Assembly: GCA_040285825.1 (NCBI GenBank)
Contig: JAUPSS010000005.1
Coordinates: forward strand, 186,001 to 250,000
Direction: 5' to 3'
DNA from: Eukaryota sp. TZLM1-RC
Lineage: Eukaryota; Protista; Metamonada: BaSk clade
Length of the DNA stretch: 64,000 nucleotides
Shown here: positions 11,144 to 23,165 of the stretch, in pieces
Position numbering within the stretch: position 1 is the first letter of the stretch
Layout: each line of letters begins with the position of its first letter
Made by a program: the position numbers and the translations under genes
Notes under the pieces: generated by a model
What the model was told of the DNA's origin: nothing
The model's database searches: none
The model's input: only the letters and a program-made list of their open reading frames with translations

Positions 11144-12209
11144 TTTGGCGGAATATTGTCAAAAGTTGCATTTATAGAAACTAATCTTGTCACTTGTTAA
11201 CAACTTGTATTTCATCTCCCATTGATCGGGGAATGAATGTAGGCAACAGAACCGAGAATTGCTACCAAAAACCAGAAACTGATCTTGACTGATTCTAATT
11301 ACATCATGGGGGTGATCAAATTGTTTCAACTCTACATCATGCAACATAATTTAACTTGTTGAGATTTTATCAATTAGTGTTTCAATGATTTATCAATTGT
11401 CTTCCCAAAGTAGAAAGATCAATGTTATTTCAAATAAAATAATCGTTAAAATTATTAAATGTATTTATTGAAAATAAATTTCAATGCTTTGAATGTTTGA
11501 ATATTGCCGTTAGTTATAATGGGTTGGACTTAGGGGTCAGTTAAAATTAACAAAGAATTAAATAAAATTATTGTAAATTAATTAATTTCAATACAAGATC
11601 AAAGACTGAATACAGTTTTTGTTTTATATAAATACAACTTTACAATATCATCTTTCTGGGAAAATCAAGAGAATTAATCACATTAGCGAGTTACACATCA
11701 GTTTTGGACCTATTTTTCAATTCAAGCAAGGTAATCGATTTATTTTCTTTCAATATGACTTTTATACTGCAAAATTCTCCAATTATTGCCTATTATTCGT
11801 CGAAGTCAATTACAGTTCTTGTTCAATGTTCGCTGGAATTATAAGTTATTGTGTTCTTGATTATCGTTATAGTTTTTTCATTTCTCTGATAGGTTTGGAT
11901 TCGCATTGTTGTCGACAGTTTTTAATTGAGAGAAATCTATTTAAAGCTGAAATAAAGAGTGTTTTGAATACAATCAATTGCAATCGAAAATAGTAATATA
12001 GGGGTGATTTATTTTTTTAATTTTGAACACACTGTTGAACTCAAAAGACGAAGAAAATTTAATTTCTTTAAACAAGACTTTCTCATCGAAGGAATAAATG
12101 AAATTACTGTTCATCACTTATCTAATGACACTTCTACTCTAATATACACTGATGATCAGATTAAAATTAATTCAATAATTGCGGTTTCAATGGAATTTGT
12201 TCAATTAAT

Positions 12210-14027
12210 CAAGTGGTGTAAAGCAAGGAGATCCGTTAGGACCTCTTTTGTTTTGTTTGGCCATACATCCAATTTTACTGCAAATTCAAGAGATGTTTCC
12301 TTCACTAAAAATGATTGCATATATGGATGATGTTGTGCTTATTGGTGATTTAAATATTGTGAAACAAGCAACTGTATGTTTTAAAGAATTATTTACCAAA
12401 ATTGGTCTCCGACTTAATTTACTTAAATGTGTTTTGTTATCGAATTCTCCAGTTTCCACAATAGTTGATGATATTGAAATTCAAGCCAAATTATATTCAA
12501 TTGATGCTATTCGTCATTTGGGTTCGTTTTTAGGAAATAATGATGAAATTACCAAAAAATTGTTTGAAAAGTTGAACTCAATTTCTTACAAAATTGACCG
12601 AATGATGAATTTAGATATAAAAAAACACATCAAATTTACCATTATAAGACTGTGTTTTAGTTCCAATTTTAATCATATATTTCGATCTACAAATCCTCTC
12701 GTCACTAGACCTTTGGCTCAGAAGTTTAATGAGTTACGTGCAAAAGTTCTGTCTCAATTACTGGGATGTAAAATGTTTCAAATTCCAGATCATGCTTACC
12801 TTAGTCCACATTATGGTGGTTTAGGGTGGACGAAGGCTTCCATTCTTACCTCGTGTGCTTTTGTTGGTGGATGCAGAAATGCAATCTTTGAGTTTTCCGA
12901 AAGATTTTCAGATTGGGAAGATTTATTGATGGCAACGCAAAGTTCCACTGTTTTTGCATTAAATGAAGAAATTTCAAGAATTGATGTAGAAAAATGGGGT
13001 CGATGTTTTCCCCAATCATTCAATGGCAATATTCCAGAAAAAAAATGTTTTAAATTTGAAGTACACTCTTCGAACATTACAGAAACGATTGCCTGGAATG
13101 TATGAAAAAGATCTTTATAATAATATATGCAGCTCGGCTGTTTTAAATCAAGATCTTCACTCATTGTTATTGGAAAAGGGTGTTTGTGAAAACAAGGCGT
13201 CAGATTCTTCCCTTTTTGTAACCATTGTACCACGAAGATTTGAATTGTGTGCCAATAATGAAGCATTTGTAACAAAAATGAGATTATATTTGAACATCCC
13301 CATTAAACAATTATTATCAAAAGAAAAATGTATTTGTTCGAATTCACCTCAACTCACTTTGCGCCATGCTCTGAATTGCTCTAATTGATAACTTATCGTT
13401 CTTCATTACATGATGCTGTTAGAGACACTGTTTTCAATATGGCACAAACTGCAAGGATATCGTGTATCAAAGAGCCCCTGCTGAAGGAAACACTTTCTCT
13501 GAATAATTTTGGTTTTGATGATAGAGGTGATGTATACTGTGATTGGATTGATAATTCTGAAGCTATTGTTGACTTTGTCTCATGTAATGTTGCAAATGAT
13601 ACTTTGGTTCACGGAAGAAAACTTAATCCTGTGGCTGTTCTGGATTTTAAAACAAAAGAGAAACATAGAAAATATGATAAAGATATTGAAGAGGCTAATG
13701 TCGATAGAAATACACAGCTGGTTTTTATTGCCATTTTTTTATTCCCATTTTCGATAAATGGAAGATTATCAGTTGAAGCAGAAACTTTTTTGGATGACTT
13801 CCAAAACATGGTGCAAGAAAAAACAATGAAAAGATTTGATATTTTTTTATGGCGTTCATGGATTCAATTTGCCATTATTAATAGATTACCTCGGTTTTTC
13901 AATCGAATTAGAAAAGCTTTAGCTAGACAGCAAGCAGATCAAGATTTTGTAGAGGAAATCTTGGTTCAATGATAGTCGTCCCATTAATTATGAGTTAATT
14001 TAATTAAGTGTGCAAATTCAATAAATA
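12210..14027 (+). mobile_element. 5'-truncated CRE-like non-LTR retrotransposon family A
   Basis: SGVKQGD..IAYMDDV RT, YGGLG, CxC..HALNC zinc motif, RGDVYCDW..AIVDF..KEKHRKY RLE; ends at CAATAAATA. Confidence 0.93.
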
Positions 14028-14051
14028 GAATTAATCAATTTTAGAATTTCT

Positions 14052-14510
14052 ATGTTTTGTTCTCTTTCTAGTAGATCTAAACAAGTACTGTCAATCAACC
14101 TCTTTTGTGTTGATTTAACAGTGGACGGAGATGTAAACCCTAATTCTGGTCCTGAATCGCAAGAAGTAGAAATAAGATTGCCTCGAAAAAGAACAACTTT
14201 TCATTCTAGAATTGTCAGACAAGATACACCTCTAAGGAGTAAACGAATTGATTTTGAACCTAAATTACTGTCCAATAGGGAAAAAAGGGCCATGGCTGAA
14301 CTTAGAATTGTAGCAAAGATGCAAAAAGCTGGACAGATGTTGAACCAAAGCCGTCAAGCTTCACCAGACTCGTTTACTGAAATTGTACCATCTGAAAAAA
14401 TTGATATCGCACAACGTCCTGACGTTCAGCGAGAGCTAAGCTGATAAACATCAACAGCCAAAAACGTACTGAGTTCTCTGAGTTTCAATGTGAGCGTGGT
14501 CACACAATCT
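14052..14510 (+). pseudogene. Probable 5' end of a non-LTR retrotransposon ORF with a 2A-like motif
   Basis: DLTVDGDVNPNSGP near the N-terminus; abuts the 3' end of a LINE; ORF decays after 130 aa. Confidence 0.45.
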
Positions 14511-15633
14511 TATCTATTTTTCTTTTGAGATTTAGAAATTCGACATTGAAACAAAAAAAATAAAAAGGGGGGTGGCGTCTTGTTTCAAAAGAAGTAGACA
14601 AACTCAGAAAGACTAAAAACAAAGTTGAAATAGAAAGGAAGTTTTTGAGATTTCTTTTGTATTTGGTATTTTCAAAATGAGAATAATTTCATTCAAGATA
14701 GCTGTGTTTTGTCTAGATTTATGAAAACTTGGATGCTCCTGATAATTTTTTGCGGGTTCACAGTTCCCAGTCAGAAATCGTATTGATCGAAGCTTTTTAT
14801 TCATATTTTGAAAGACAAGATTTAGTTCTGGCATTTTGACTGCTCTTAATGTCCTGCAATTTGATATCCCAGTTGTGACAAAGAAGTCAGGTTACTTCCC
14901 CTATCCAAGTTCTTGCGACATTGGTAATGCTTTATCAGATTCTTGGGGAAAAATTATTGAAAACAATGTTTGTGATTGCCTTCTTTTCTCAAATAAAATC
15001 TTAGCTAGTCGGTGAAAAACTTGGTATTTTCTTGCTCATCAATTATTTGGGGAAGTTGCCAAAACTACAAAATGACTTTCCAATTTACTCCCCTTTGATG
15101 GTATTATTGACTATCCAGAAAAGCAACAATCAATTACAATTTTCAGGATTCTATTTTAATTTTAAAATTGTTTTTTTATTGCAAAGCAACAAAATTTGTA
15201 GGTCCGTTTTTTTGAACACAAAACAACTTTGAAAAGATTAGTCAAAATTCCAGAGCTTGAGCTGTTATTAAATCAATTAAAATGATCCAGGATTTTGAGA
15301 ATTCTTACTTCTTTTTGTCTAAATTGTTTGTACTGACTAGAAGTAGTGAAACAAGGAATGAAGAAGAAACAACTGTGTTATTTAAAGCAGTGGAAAACAA
15401 TCCACAATTCTTTTTAAATTCTGTTGAAAGAGTGCGATTAAAATTAATGAAAAACTTGAAAAAATGGAAGCACCAACCTGTTATGTATTACCTTTGGTGA
15501 CTGAACTGATTCTTGGATTTTTCGAGATTGGTACTAAATTATTGTCTGCACAATTAAAAAAATAGAAAAAAGTACTATTCGAAAAACAAATAAAGAGATA
15601 AACTCTGATAGTCAAAAAATGCCAGCAAAAGAA

Positions 15634-15761
15634 TATTTATTGAACATCTATACTTAATACAATTAATTCATAACTAATGGGACGAAAATCATTGAACCAA
15701 GATTTCCTCTACAAAATCTTGATCTGCTTGCTGTCTGGCTAAAGCTTCTCTAATCCAATTG
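15634..15761 (-). mobile_element. ~130 bp 3'-end fragment of family A LINE
   Basis: Near-identical to the reverse complement of 13900-14027, including the terminal CAATAAATA. Confidence 0.88.
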
Positions 15762-15823
15762 AGCAGAAGAACAAAACAATTTTTGGCAACTTTTCAAACT
15801 AAGCAAATCTGTTTTTAAAATAA

Positions 15824-16926
15824 TGTTGTTGTTGAAGTCAAATTGAATTAGTAGGTTTCTTTGTATTTCGACTGATGACGTGATACTCATTTATGAATCA
15901 GTTTTATTAATAAACAACAGATTTCTCTCTCTCCTTCGTGTGTTCATCTGCCTAACGGCATCAATAATTATTGGCCCTTCTTATTTCAGATGACTGTTCC
16001 TTCTGTCAACCTCCCGTCTCTTTCTTCCATGAAAGTTGAAAGTGTTCTCTTGTTCCTACAAGAGTGGAAGATCTATTCTTCTGTGACTTCTAAGAAAGAG
16101 CTTGTTCCAGCAAGACTCTTGGTCGATTCTTTTCTGTTAGAGTCCCTATCTCTCCAGAAATCCGATGTCTCTTCCAGTGACGATGTTCTTCTTAGACATC
16201 TTCAATCTGTCGTATCGTTCGCCACGTACGAAGATTTTAGTCTGGCTATGTCAGAACTGAAGCTTGATGTCCGTATTGGTGACGTCCGAGAACGTATGTC
16301 CTGTTACCTGCGACGTTTCCTCCAGGTAAAGAGTAGGGCTTCCGGACTGAAGTTACCAGACACAGCTTTTCTGAATCGATTTGCCAGAGGAATTCTTCCC
16401 GTAGGTCTTCAACGTTCTCTACTAGCGAGAATTCGAGATGATGTATTCCCAGATCTTCACTCTCTTGTCGAAACCACTACTGATGAGCTGTTGGACTGCT
16501 CTAGGGTTGCTTCATGGACTCGTGGTTTCAAAACCTCAGTGAATGATGTGGAACGTACGGCTGGCACTAAAACGAGGTCCTCTTGGCGCTCTCAGGATTT
16601 AAAAAATCAATCGTGCTTCAAGTGCCACAAGCCTGGACACATCTCCCGTGATTGTCCATCTAAAATCAAACATGAGGTAAATTATTTGTGTCACACAAAC
16701 GATGCACCAAAGAGTTCAACAAACCCCATATCTTCCCCCTATTGAGCCAGTACTGTATTTGTCCTCAGAAAAGTGGGAAAAAGTAGTGTTGTTGTTGAAC
16801 TCAAATTGAATTAGTAGGTTTCTTTGTATTTCGACTGATGACGTGATACTCATTTATGAATCAGTTTTATTAATAAACAACAGATTTCTCTCTCTCCTTC
16901 GTGTGTTCATCTGCCTAACGGCATCA
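15824..16926 (+). mobile_element. 1103-bp gag-only LTR retrotransposon
   Basis: 140-bp LTRs at 15824-15963 and 16787-16926 (TG...CA, one mismatch seen). Polypurine tract AGAAAAGTGGGAAAAAGTAG precedes the 3' LTR. ATAA target duplication. Confidence 0.95.
15990..16745 (+). CDS. Gag protein with CCHC zinc knuckle
   Basis: Intact 251-aa ORF between the LTRs; CFKCHKPGHISRDC. Confidence 0.92.
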   Translation: MTVPSVNLPSLSSMKVESVLLFLQEWKIYSSVTSKKELVPARLLVDSFLLESLSLQKSDVSSSDDVLLRHLQSVVSFATYEDFSLAMSELKLDVRIGDVRERMSCYLRRFLQVKSRASGLKLPDTAFLNRFARGILPVGLQRSLLARIRDDVFPDLHSLVETTTDELLDCSRVASWTRGFKTSVNDVERTAGTKTRSSWRSQDLKNQSCFKCHKPGHISRDCPSKIKHEVNYLCHTNDAPKSSTNPISSPY

Positions 16927-18013
16927 ATAAGGGTTATAAATTTACTAATTCAATGAAGACTGATGGTGTTTCAGTTTGTGTAGAGATGGTCAGAGAGGAA
17001 GGCCTTGGACTTCAATTTAAACCTGACTCAGCATAAATTAATATTTCTGAAATATATTTTCGAGTTTATGATTTAATTCAATGGACAAAGTGGTGGTTGA
17101 TCTAGATCTGTTGTACTTTTATGGAGAAAATAAAAGCATCAATGAAAATGATGAAAAACAAGGAAAGAAAGTTGAAGGAGGGTAAAAGGAAGAAAGACTT
17201 TGCTGTTAAAGAGAGGGAAGACTATTTACGGGAACAAAAATTTGCTTCAATGCGATTGTCTCAACTGGAGTGGTCACATGTTTCGTGATTCCACCATAAA
17301 TTTAAGAAGAAAACTCACAAGAAATGTAAAGGAGAGAAGATGGAATTATCAATCGAATATTTGCAAGCACTATTAAGTGAATATTCGTCAAAAACATCTA
17401 TTTATTGATCATTTATTTTACATGTCAAAAAAAGCTACAACTGTTACCAGAATTGTCAAGGTTTTGGTCCTTAAAAGTATGGTGCATTCAAAAAATGCAA
17501 AGATTTGTATATGCTAAAAAGATTGAATCTTGACTCTTGAATGCACTCATCAAAACTTATGGTGCACCTGAAGATATAATGTTATGATGGGAGAAAATGG
17601 AAAAAAGACAAAGAATTTGAAACACCACCGTAGTACGTAAGAAGTGTTGGTTGGTGTCAATTCTTCAAGAGGTTTGCACTGTATTTCTTTTAGATGAAAA
17701 GCACACATCATCGAAATGTCCATGTTCTAAAGAAAAGGTGTCTATGTTTCCGAGGATACAGAATCCAAGACCATAGAAAAACGATGAAAAAGAATGTTGG
17801 GGACTATTAAGATGGTCAGTCAGAACATTGTTGAAGTGGTAGAGATGGAAAAAGTCGTTTTGAAATAGAAATTACATGGCATGTATTAACTTCAAGAATA
17901 GAGCTGATGATGTATTATAAGGAAGAGGGAGCCCTTGAAAAGTTTCACTTTTGATATCCTTTATCAGAGATACCTCAAGCAGCAGTGGTTAGTAGCTATG
18001 TAAAGCGTTTCTG

Positions 18014-19853
18014 ATGCATCGTTCTCTACTCTTATCAATCGCACTTGCGCTTTTGTACGTCTTTTATGGATTTTTCCTACCTTTATATAGCCAAAAACGA
18101 TCCCCTCTTGTTCCACATTCTCTTACGATACCTCAATCTCTACACGATCCTATCAATATCTTGCATTTAACTGATGTACACGTCTCCACCAGTCGCTCTG
18201 GCCCACAACGTTACCTGGACGCCTTTCTTACCTCCATGTATCCCCATCTTCACCCCCACTCAATTATCCTGACTGGTGATATTGTTGAAGCTTATGGACC
18301 ATCTCATAACCCTCAAATCCTCCAAGAATGGCAAACGTACAAAAACATCCTTTCTTCCCATGACCTCTTCTCCCCTGAAAAAGTCCTTGAAGTCTTGGGT
18401 AATCATTGTCTGTTAGGAACCAATACAAACAAACCCTTTAATCCTTGGTTAAACTACTCTATTACCTCCTTAAGAAAAGATCACGAATCTTTTAAACAAG
18501 TCTTGAGTTATAGTAATGGTTTAAGCTATTCTTTTATTGGGATTAATCAGATGAATTTGGATCAAGGTCCTGTCCATGGATTGGATTTCTTTACTCACAT
18601 GACGTCATCACAGGTCAGAAAGTTGAAGAATTTGGTTGTTTCTGATAACGCTGATTTACTCATTGGTTTTGGTCATTATCCTAGTAATTTTGTTTTAAAT
18701 ACTAAGTTTTCAAGACTGGTCCAGAATTTTGATCTCTTCTTGACCGGCCATCTTCACACTTCTTCCAAGGTCTTCACTAATGAACATTTGGAGGTAATGA
18801 CTGCCGATTTTGCTCATAGTCACGTATTTCGATTAGTTTTGATTGATAATTTAATTGTTACCACCAAAAGAATTGTTTTTACAACAAAGAAGAATATTTT
18901 TCCCATAGTGGTTATTTCAAATTTACCAGAACCTTCTCTAATGGTAAATGTGCCTCGCAATGCGTGTGAAGTTTTCCAATCAATCAGAATTATGATTTTT
19001 GACCCTCTGATTGATGGAGATGTTGAGATTTCGGGCATAGTGGACGACTTTTACCATTTGAATTCATTTAGTAGAAACGGAAACAATAATAATCTTTTTG
19101 AAATTGAATTTCCTTTGGTTAGTTTTTGTTCAGGAATGCATCGGATAATACTATCAGTGACAACAGAGTCGGGATCAAAAGAGATCATTCAAAATTTCAG
19201 CTTTGACACCCCTTCTTACCCATCTAGAAATTTTTGGTCTATTGTGCAAGTAATTCCTTGGGGGTTTAATATAATGTTAATTTATTTTTATTCAATCTTA
19301 TTTATTTCTTTTGCTTTATTTGATTTAATTAGGTTTATTGCAGTGAATTCAATTCCAAACAGTAACAAATTTAAATACATTATTTGTTTTCTAATTAATG
19401 TTTTTATCTTTGGTTTTTGGTTTGGTAGTGGATCTGAATTTGGTATTTTATTATCCTTTGGAACCTTATCTAGATCTGGGTTTAATTTTAATTCAGTTCT
19501 TGTGCTGTTATCTTCATTTAATTTATTAGGAATTGGTATTTTATTTAGATTAGAAATCATTTGTATTAGACTGAAATTCATTCAATTGCCAGGAAAGTCA
19601 ATAATGAAGGATATTTTAGTATCTTTATCATTTGGAATTTCCGGAATTGTTTTTGTTTCTGTTTTTAATAATTTATTGCATTAGTCAATTTTCCGTGCTT
19701 TCTCTGTTTTTGATGTCCTTTTTTTATTCATCAATGTATTTTTGTTTCAAAATATTTACCAATTCAAGATTAATTTTAGAGTTTTTATTTTATAAGTCTC
19801 ATTCAATGGAACTTTTAAATCCAAGTGGTGGAGATTATTTGCTTTTGTCTTAG
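18014..19853 (+). CDS. TMEM62-like calcineurin-type metallophosphoesterase with C-terminal TM helices; probable homopolymer frameshift near 19665
   Basis: HLTDVH, LTGDIV, LGNH, GHYP and TGHLH motifs; N-terminal anchor and hydrophobic C-terminus. Confidence 0.8.
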
Positions 19854-19906
19854 TTTTGTCTTAGTTTTTCAAAAGAATTGTAAATATTAGTCGTTTTAAT
19901 TACCAA

Positions 19907-21028
19907 TTATTTTTTAAAAATGAAAAATTGATCCTTGTTTGTAGTAACAATCATTTGATTAGAATCAAAACTCACAGTAACGTCATCAATTTCCCCTTTA
20001 ACCTCAATCTTTTCTTCTTCCTCAAAACTAGCATTTACAAAATTCTTTACCACAATGTTCTGGGAATTGAAAAAAATAACTTGATACCTACAGCATTTAA
20101 ACCCCTTAAAATTAGTTTTGAAAGAAAAAATCGGAAAGGATTCCCTGAAATTTGGTAATAAGAGACGGTAAACTTTCAGAAAACTGTCAGAGGTTAAAGT
20201 GATCAAAAACGATTTTCCATCACTTTCAATGATCCCAACTTGTTTCACTACCGCCTGACGTGATCCTACAGGTATAATATGAGCTCTATTTGAAAATTTC
20301 CTATCAAAACCAATAAAAACCACATCTCCATTACCATTTCCAAATATAATACCACAATTGGTCCAAGTAACATTACTGGTAGACTTGCCTTTATGAACAC
20401 TCTTCAATACCGAAGTGGATGTGTTCAGGCTAGTAATCCCTGCTGAGAAATTTAAGCAAGCAAAGTTATCATTAACGGGATTCAAAACTACATTAGTGGT
20501 AGGTTCATATTGGAAATACACCACTTTGATAGGTGATCTGGAGGCAACATCCCATATGACCGTGGTTTTGTCCAATGCTGAAGTGAGAAGTAATTCATTA
20601 CGGGAGGTGATGGCAGTGGCAGTGATGGGAGCTCTGTGAAATGGGGAGAATCTGTCATAGGAAAGAGAATCCGAAAAAATGCAGATGAGATAGACCTGAC
20701 CATTGGTATCACCTGTAATAAGTTCAGAAGAAGAGTGGCGGAAAAAAGTGACAGAAGTTACAGGGGAAGGGTCTGGAAGAGAGCAAGAGTGGGTAAGTGT
20801 GAATGAAGACGAAGGTGGAGGTTCATGTACTGAGGTAACGGCAGAACGGGATGATCTGGTTGGTTTAATAGGTACAAATGGAATATTAGAAGGTGGTTGA
20901 GTTCTATTTCGAGCTCTATGAAGAATTATTTTTGAGCGAACATGCTGGTAGAATGGATCAATATTGGAACGCTTTGAAAGAAAGTGTGCACGGAGACATT
21001 CATAACAAGTGTTGGAAAGAGTATGCAT
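19907..21028 (-). CDS. WD40-repeat protein, WDR13-like
   Basis: HRAPITATAIT..LLTSALDKTTVIWD repeat followed by NPVNDNF..SLNTST, as in WDR13. Confidence 0.7.
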   Translation of the reverse strand: MHTLSNTCYECLRAHFLSKRSNIDPFYQHVRSKIILHRARNRTQPPSNIPFVPIKPTRSSRSAVTSVHEPPPSSSFTLTHSCSLPDPSPVTSVTFFRHSSSELITGDTNGQVYLICIFSDSLSYDRFSPFHRAPITATAITSRNELLLTSALDKTTVIWDVASRSPIKVVYFQYEPTTNVVLNPVNDNFACLNFSAGITSLNTSTSVLKSVHKGKSTSNVTWTNCGIIFGNGNGDVVFIGFDRKFSNRAHIIPVGSRQAVVKQVGIIESDGKSFLITLTSDSFLKVYRLLLPNFRESFPIFSFKTNFKGFKCCRYQVIFFNSQNIVVKNFVNASFEEEEKIEVKGEIDDVTVSFDSNQMIVTTNKDQFFIFKK

Positions 21029-21059
21029 TTGTATAAAAGAAAATCATTTTACAATTCAA

Positions 21060-22894
21060 AATGATCACTAGTTTTTAACAAAAACATTCAATCTTTTCTT
21101 CTGAATTTTCCGTTGGCATCTAGAGCTTTAGTGGAACAGGATGTATGGTATCTGTTTATGACCGTCATCACCACTGGTTTTTTTCCTAAGCCTTCCACAT
21201 CTAAAGGCCAACGCCAATTATTCCATATCTTTTACAATGGATTTCTTCCAGAATGCCACAAGACAGGTCTCTTGTTTCTTTGTGGGAAAATTCTTTAGTG
21301 CCTTACAGAAATTCATTAAATCTTTTTCTCAATGCTTGGCTGCAATCTCAGAATTGTAATTTTATCAATAGAAAAGGGCTTTCTCCTTACCTTGCTTGTC
21401 GGGCTCGTCAATTGGCGTCTAACGTGAAGACAAGTTTACCTAAAATTTGTCATTCCTGGACAAAAAACTTTATTCGTGCTCATTGTAGAGCCCTGGATAA
21501 AACAAATGTCTTTGCAAATAATATTCTTTCACTTTTGCCAGATGAACCATTAGCCCAACCCGAGGAAGTAGCTGTTGATTCTGTTCTTGAATACTACATC
21601 AATTTCAATTTGAATAATTAAAGAGAAGAATTCTTTTTATTAAATGCATGTAAGTTTATCTTGAATCTCCTTCAAAGATTTCCTACCACTGCCTCCCTTC
21701 TGTCCTCATATGATAAAATCACCTTTTCATCAAAGGAAATTGGTGAGCTTTTTCTCTTTAATCTTAAAATTTCACAATACTTACTCACTTTTTTTTCTCA
21801 CATGCATTGCTGGAAGAAATTTAGAATAATACCTTTAGCTTCTCATTAAGGTTCTAAATTTCATGAGGTACCTTCACATGTTTTCCACTCTGTGAAAAAA
21901 TTTCCACTTGTTGAAGGATTATCTTCCAAAACAAAGTTTATCAGAAATACATGTCTGAAACGAGTATTCAAACAATGTCCTTGACAAAAATTCAATATCT
22001 ACAGAAAAAGTTTGAAAAATAGATTTAAAAATTTTTTATTGAAAACTAATGGTAATGAACTGCTTTTGACCTTTGAAGGTAAAAATAATGACTCAGAAAA
22101 CACAGATGAGCTGGATGAACCACCGAAAAAGAAAAGAAGATCAAAAAATGAAATGAAAAGTGACCCTAATGCCAACAAAACCAGAGAAACAAAGTTGAAG
22201 GGCACTAAAAAATGCCCCGTCGAAGACGTAGACATCCAGTCGAAATTTTACCTGAAAGGTCCCTTATTGGTGTTGATCTGGGCCAATCAAGATTATGTGG
22301 TTACTTCTGAAATGATTATCAATGTGGAGTTATCCCTTGTCCAACTGGCAGGAGGTACATGACAAAACCTTCACCCAGTAAACACTCTCCCAACCAATAT
22401 TCCGTTCAAAATTTCAACCAATATTTGAACCATTGAAATTTGGTCAGGAGGAAAGTGTATTTGGAAAGTAATCGCCAGAAATGGAAAATAATTAAATTTG
22501 ATAACCGCAGACGAAAAGAGAGACGGTTCAGAGAGACTCTCAACAAATTTCAAAGGCTGGCTGGACATCCTGATAAACTCTATCTTGCTGTGGGTTCTGC
22601 TAATTTCCCTTCTCATTGCCGAAAAGTCAATCGATATGGATCAGCAAGAGCTTTCAGAAAATGGTTGTGTTATCAAATGGACGTGAAGCACTTGTCAACC
22701 AGTGAATTTAATACAAGCAAACAGTCAAGTTGTTGTATGGCCGAGAATATTCAAGCAGGCAGATGCGTATTTGTCCTGAGTGTCAAATAGTATATGACAG
22801 AGATATTTCCGTTGCAAAAAATATTCAAATTAAGAAAAAAGCGGAATTGTGGCCGGAAAGATACATTCGCCCAGATGCTCTGTTGAGGAGATGA
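21060..22894 (+). pseudogene. Fanzor (eukaryotic TnpB) remnant, roughly 600 codons with frameshifts and stops
   Basis: FRIIPL, LLKTNGNELLLTFE, LIGVDLGQ (RuvC-I, ~22264-22290), LAVGSANF, STSEFNTSKQSSCC (RuvC-II), CPECQIVYDRDISVAKNI (ZnF/RuvC-III); stop TGA at 22892-22894. Confidence 0.85.
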
Positions 22895-22922
22895 ATAGGG
22901 AACGTGAGCATACAGAAACTAA

Positions 22923-23165
22923 AACTTTTGAGACCGATCTACAAATGCCTTAGTAGCATTTGGTAGATCCACTTAGATACATCAAGTCGCGAGGCTTTGT
23001 TCTGTGAAAGCAGTAGGTGTATTTAAGTGAGGTAGCCCATTGATGAAGATCATGATTGCCTTTGTCAGATGATGCTACATGTGTCTTACAGCCTGTGAGT
23101 AGACATTGAGAAAGTTGAAAACAGGAGTGAATTTCACAGGGGAATGCCTGATAACTGAAATTCAC
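22923..23165 (+). ncRNA. Highly structured RNA, candidate Fanzor omegaRNA scaffold / element right end
   Basis: Stems 22936-48/22956-69; 22970-83/23016-29 (14 bp, 2 G-U) enclosing GCGA and GAAA tetraloop hairpins; 23032-48/23060-78; 23082-90/23094-105; 23127-40/23147-65. Possible closing stem 22923-29/23110-16. Ends in TTCAC. Confidence 0.7.

Larger units (their letters stand above)
15762..17940 (+). pseudogene. Fanzor (eukaryotic TnpB) remnant interrupted by an LTR element
   Basis: Rejoining across the LTR insertion (with a 1-nt slip) gives EEQNNFWQLFKLSKSVFK.KGYKFTNSMKTDGVSV. Later motifs: LDEKHTSSKCPC (RuvC-II/ZnF), NPRP, WGLLR and an xNRNYMACINF RuvC-III-like motif. Confidence 0.8.

Noticed and set aside
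11159-12200. Short ORFs upstream of Cdt1 (similar ones at 14600-15600)
   Set aside because: Fragmentary and AT-rich; possibly decayed gene-family copies but unassignable.
22923-23165. Identification as U-snRNA, SRP, hammerhead or group I/II intron
   Set aside because: No U2 branch-pairing, U5 loop, U6 ACAGAGA, CUGAUGA/GAAA core or domain V consensus seen by eye; not formally excluded without an Rfam search.
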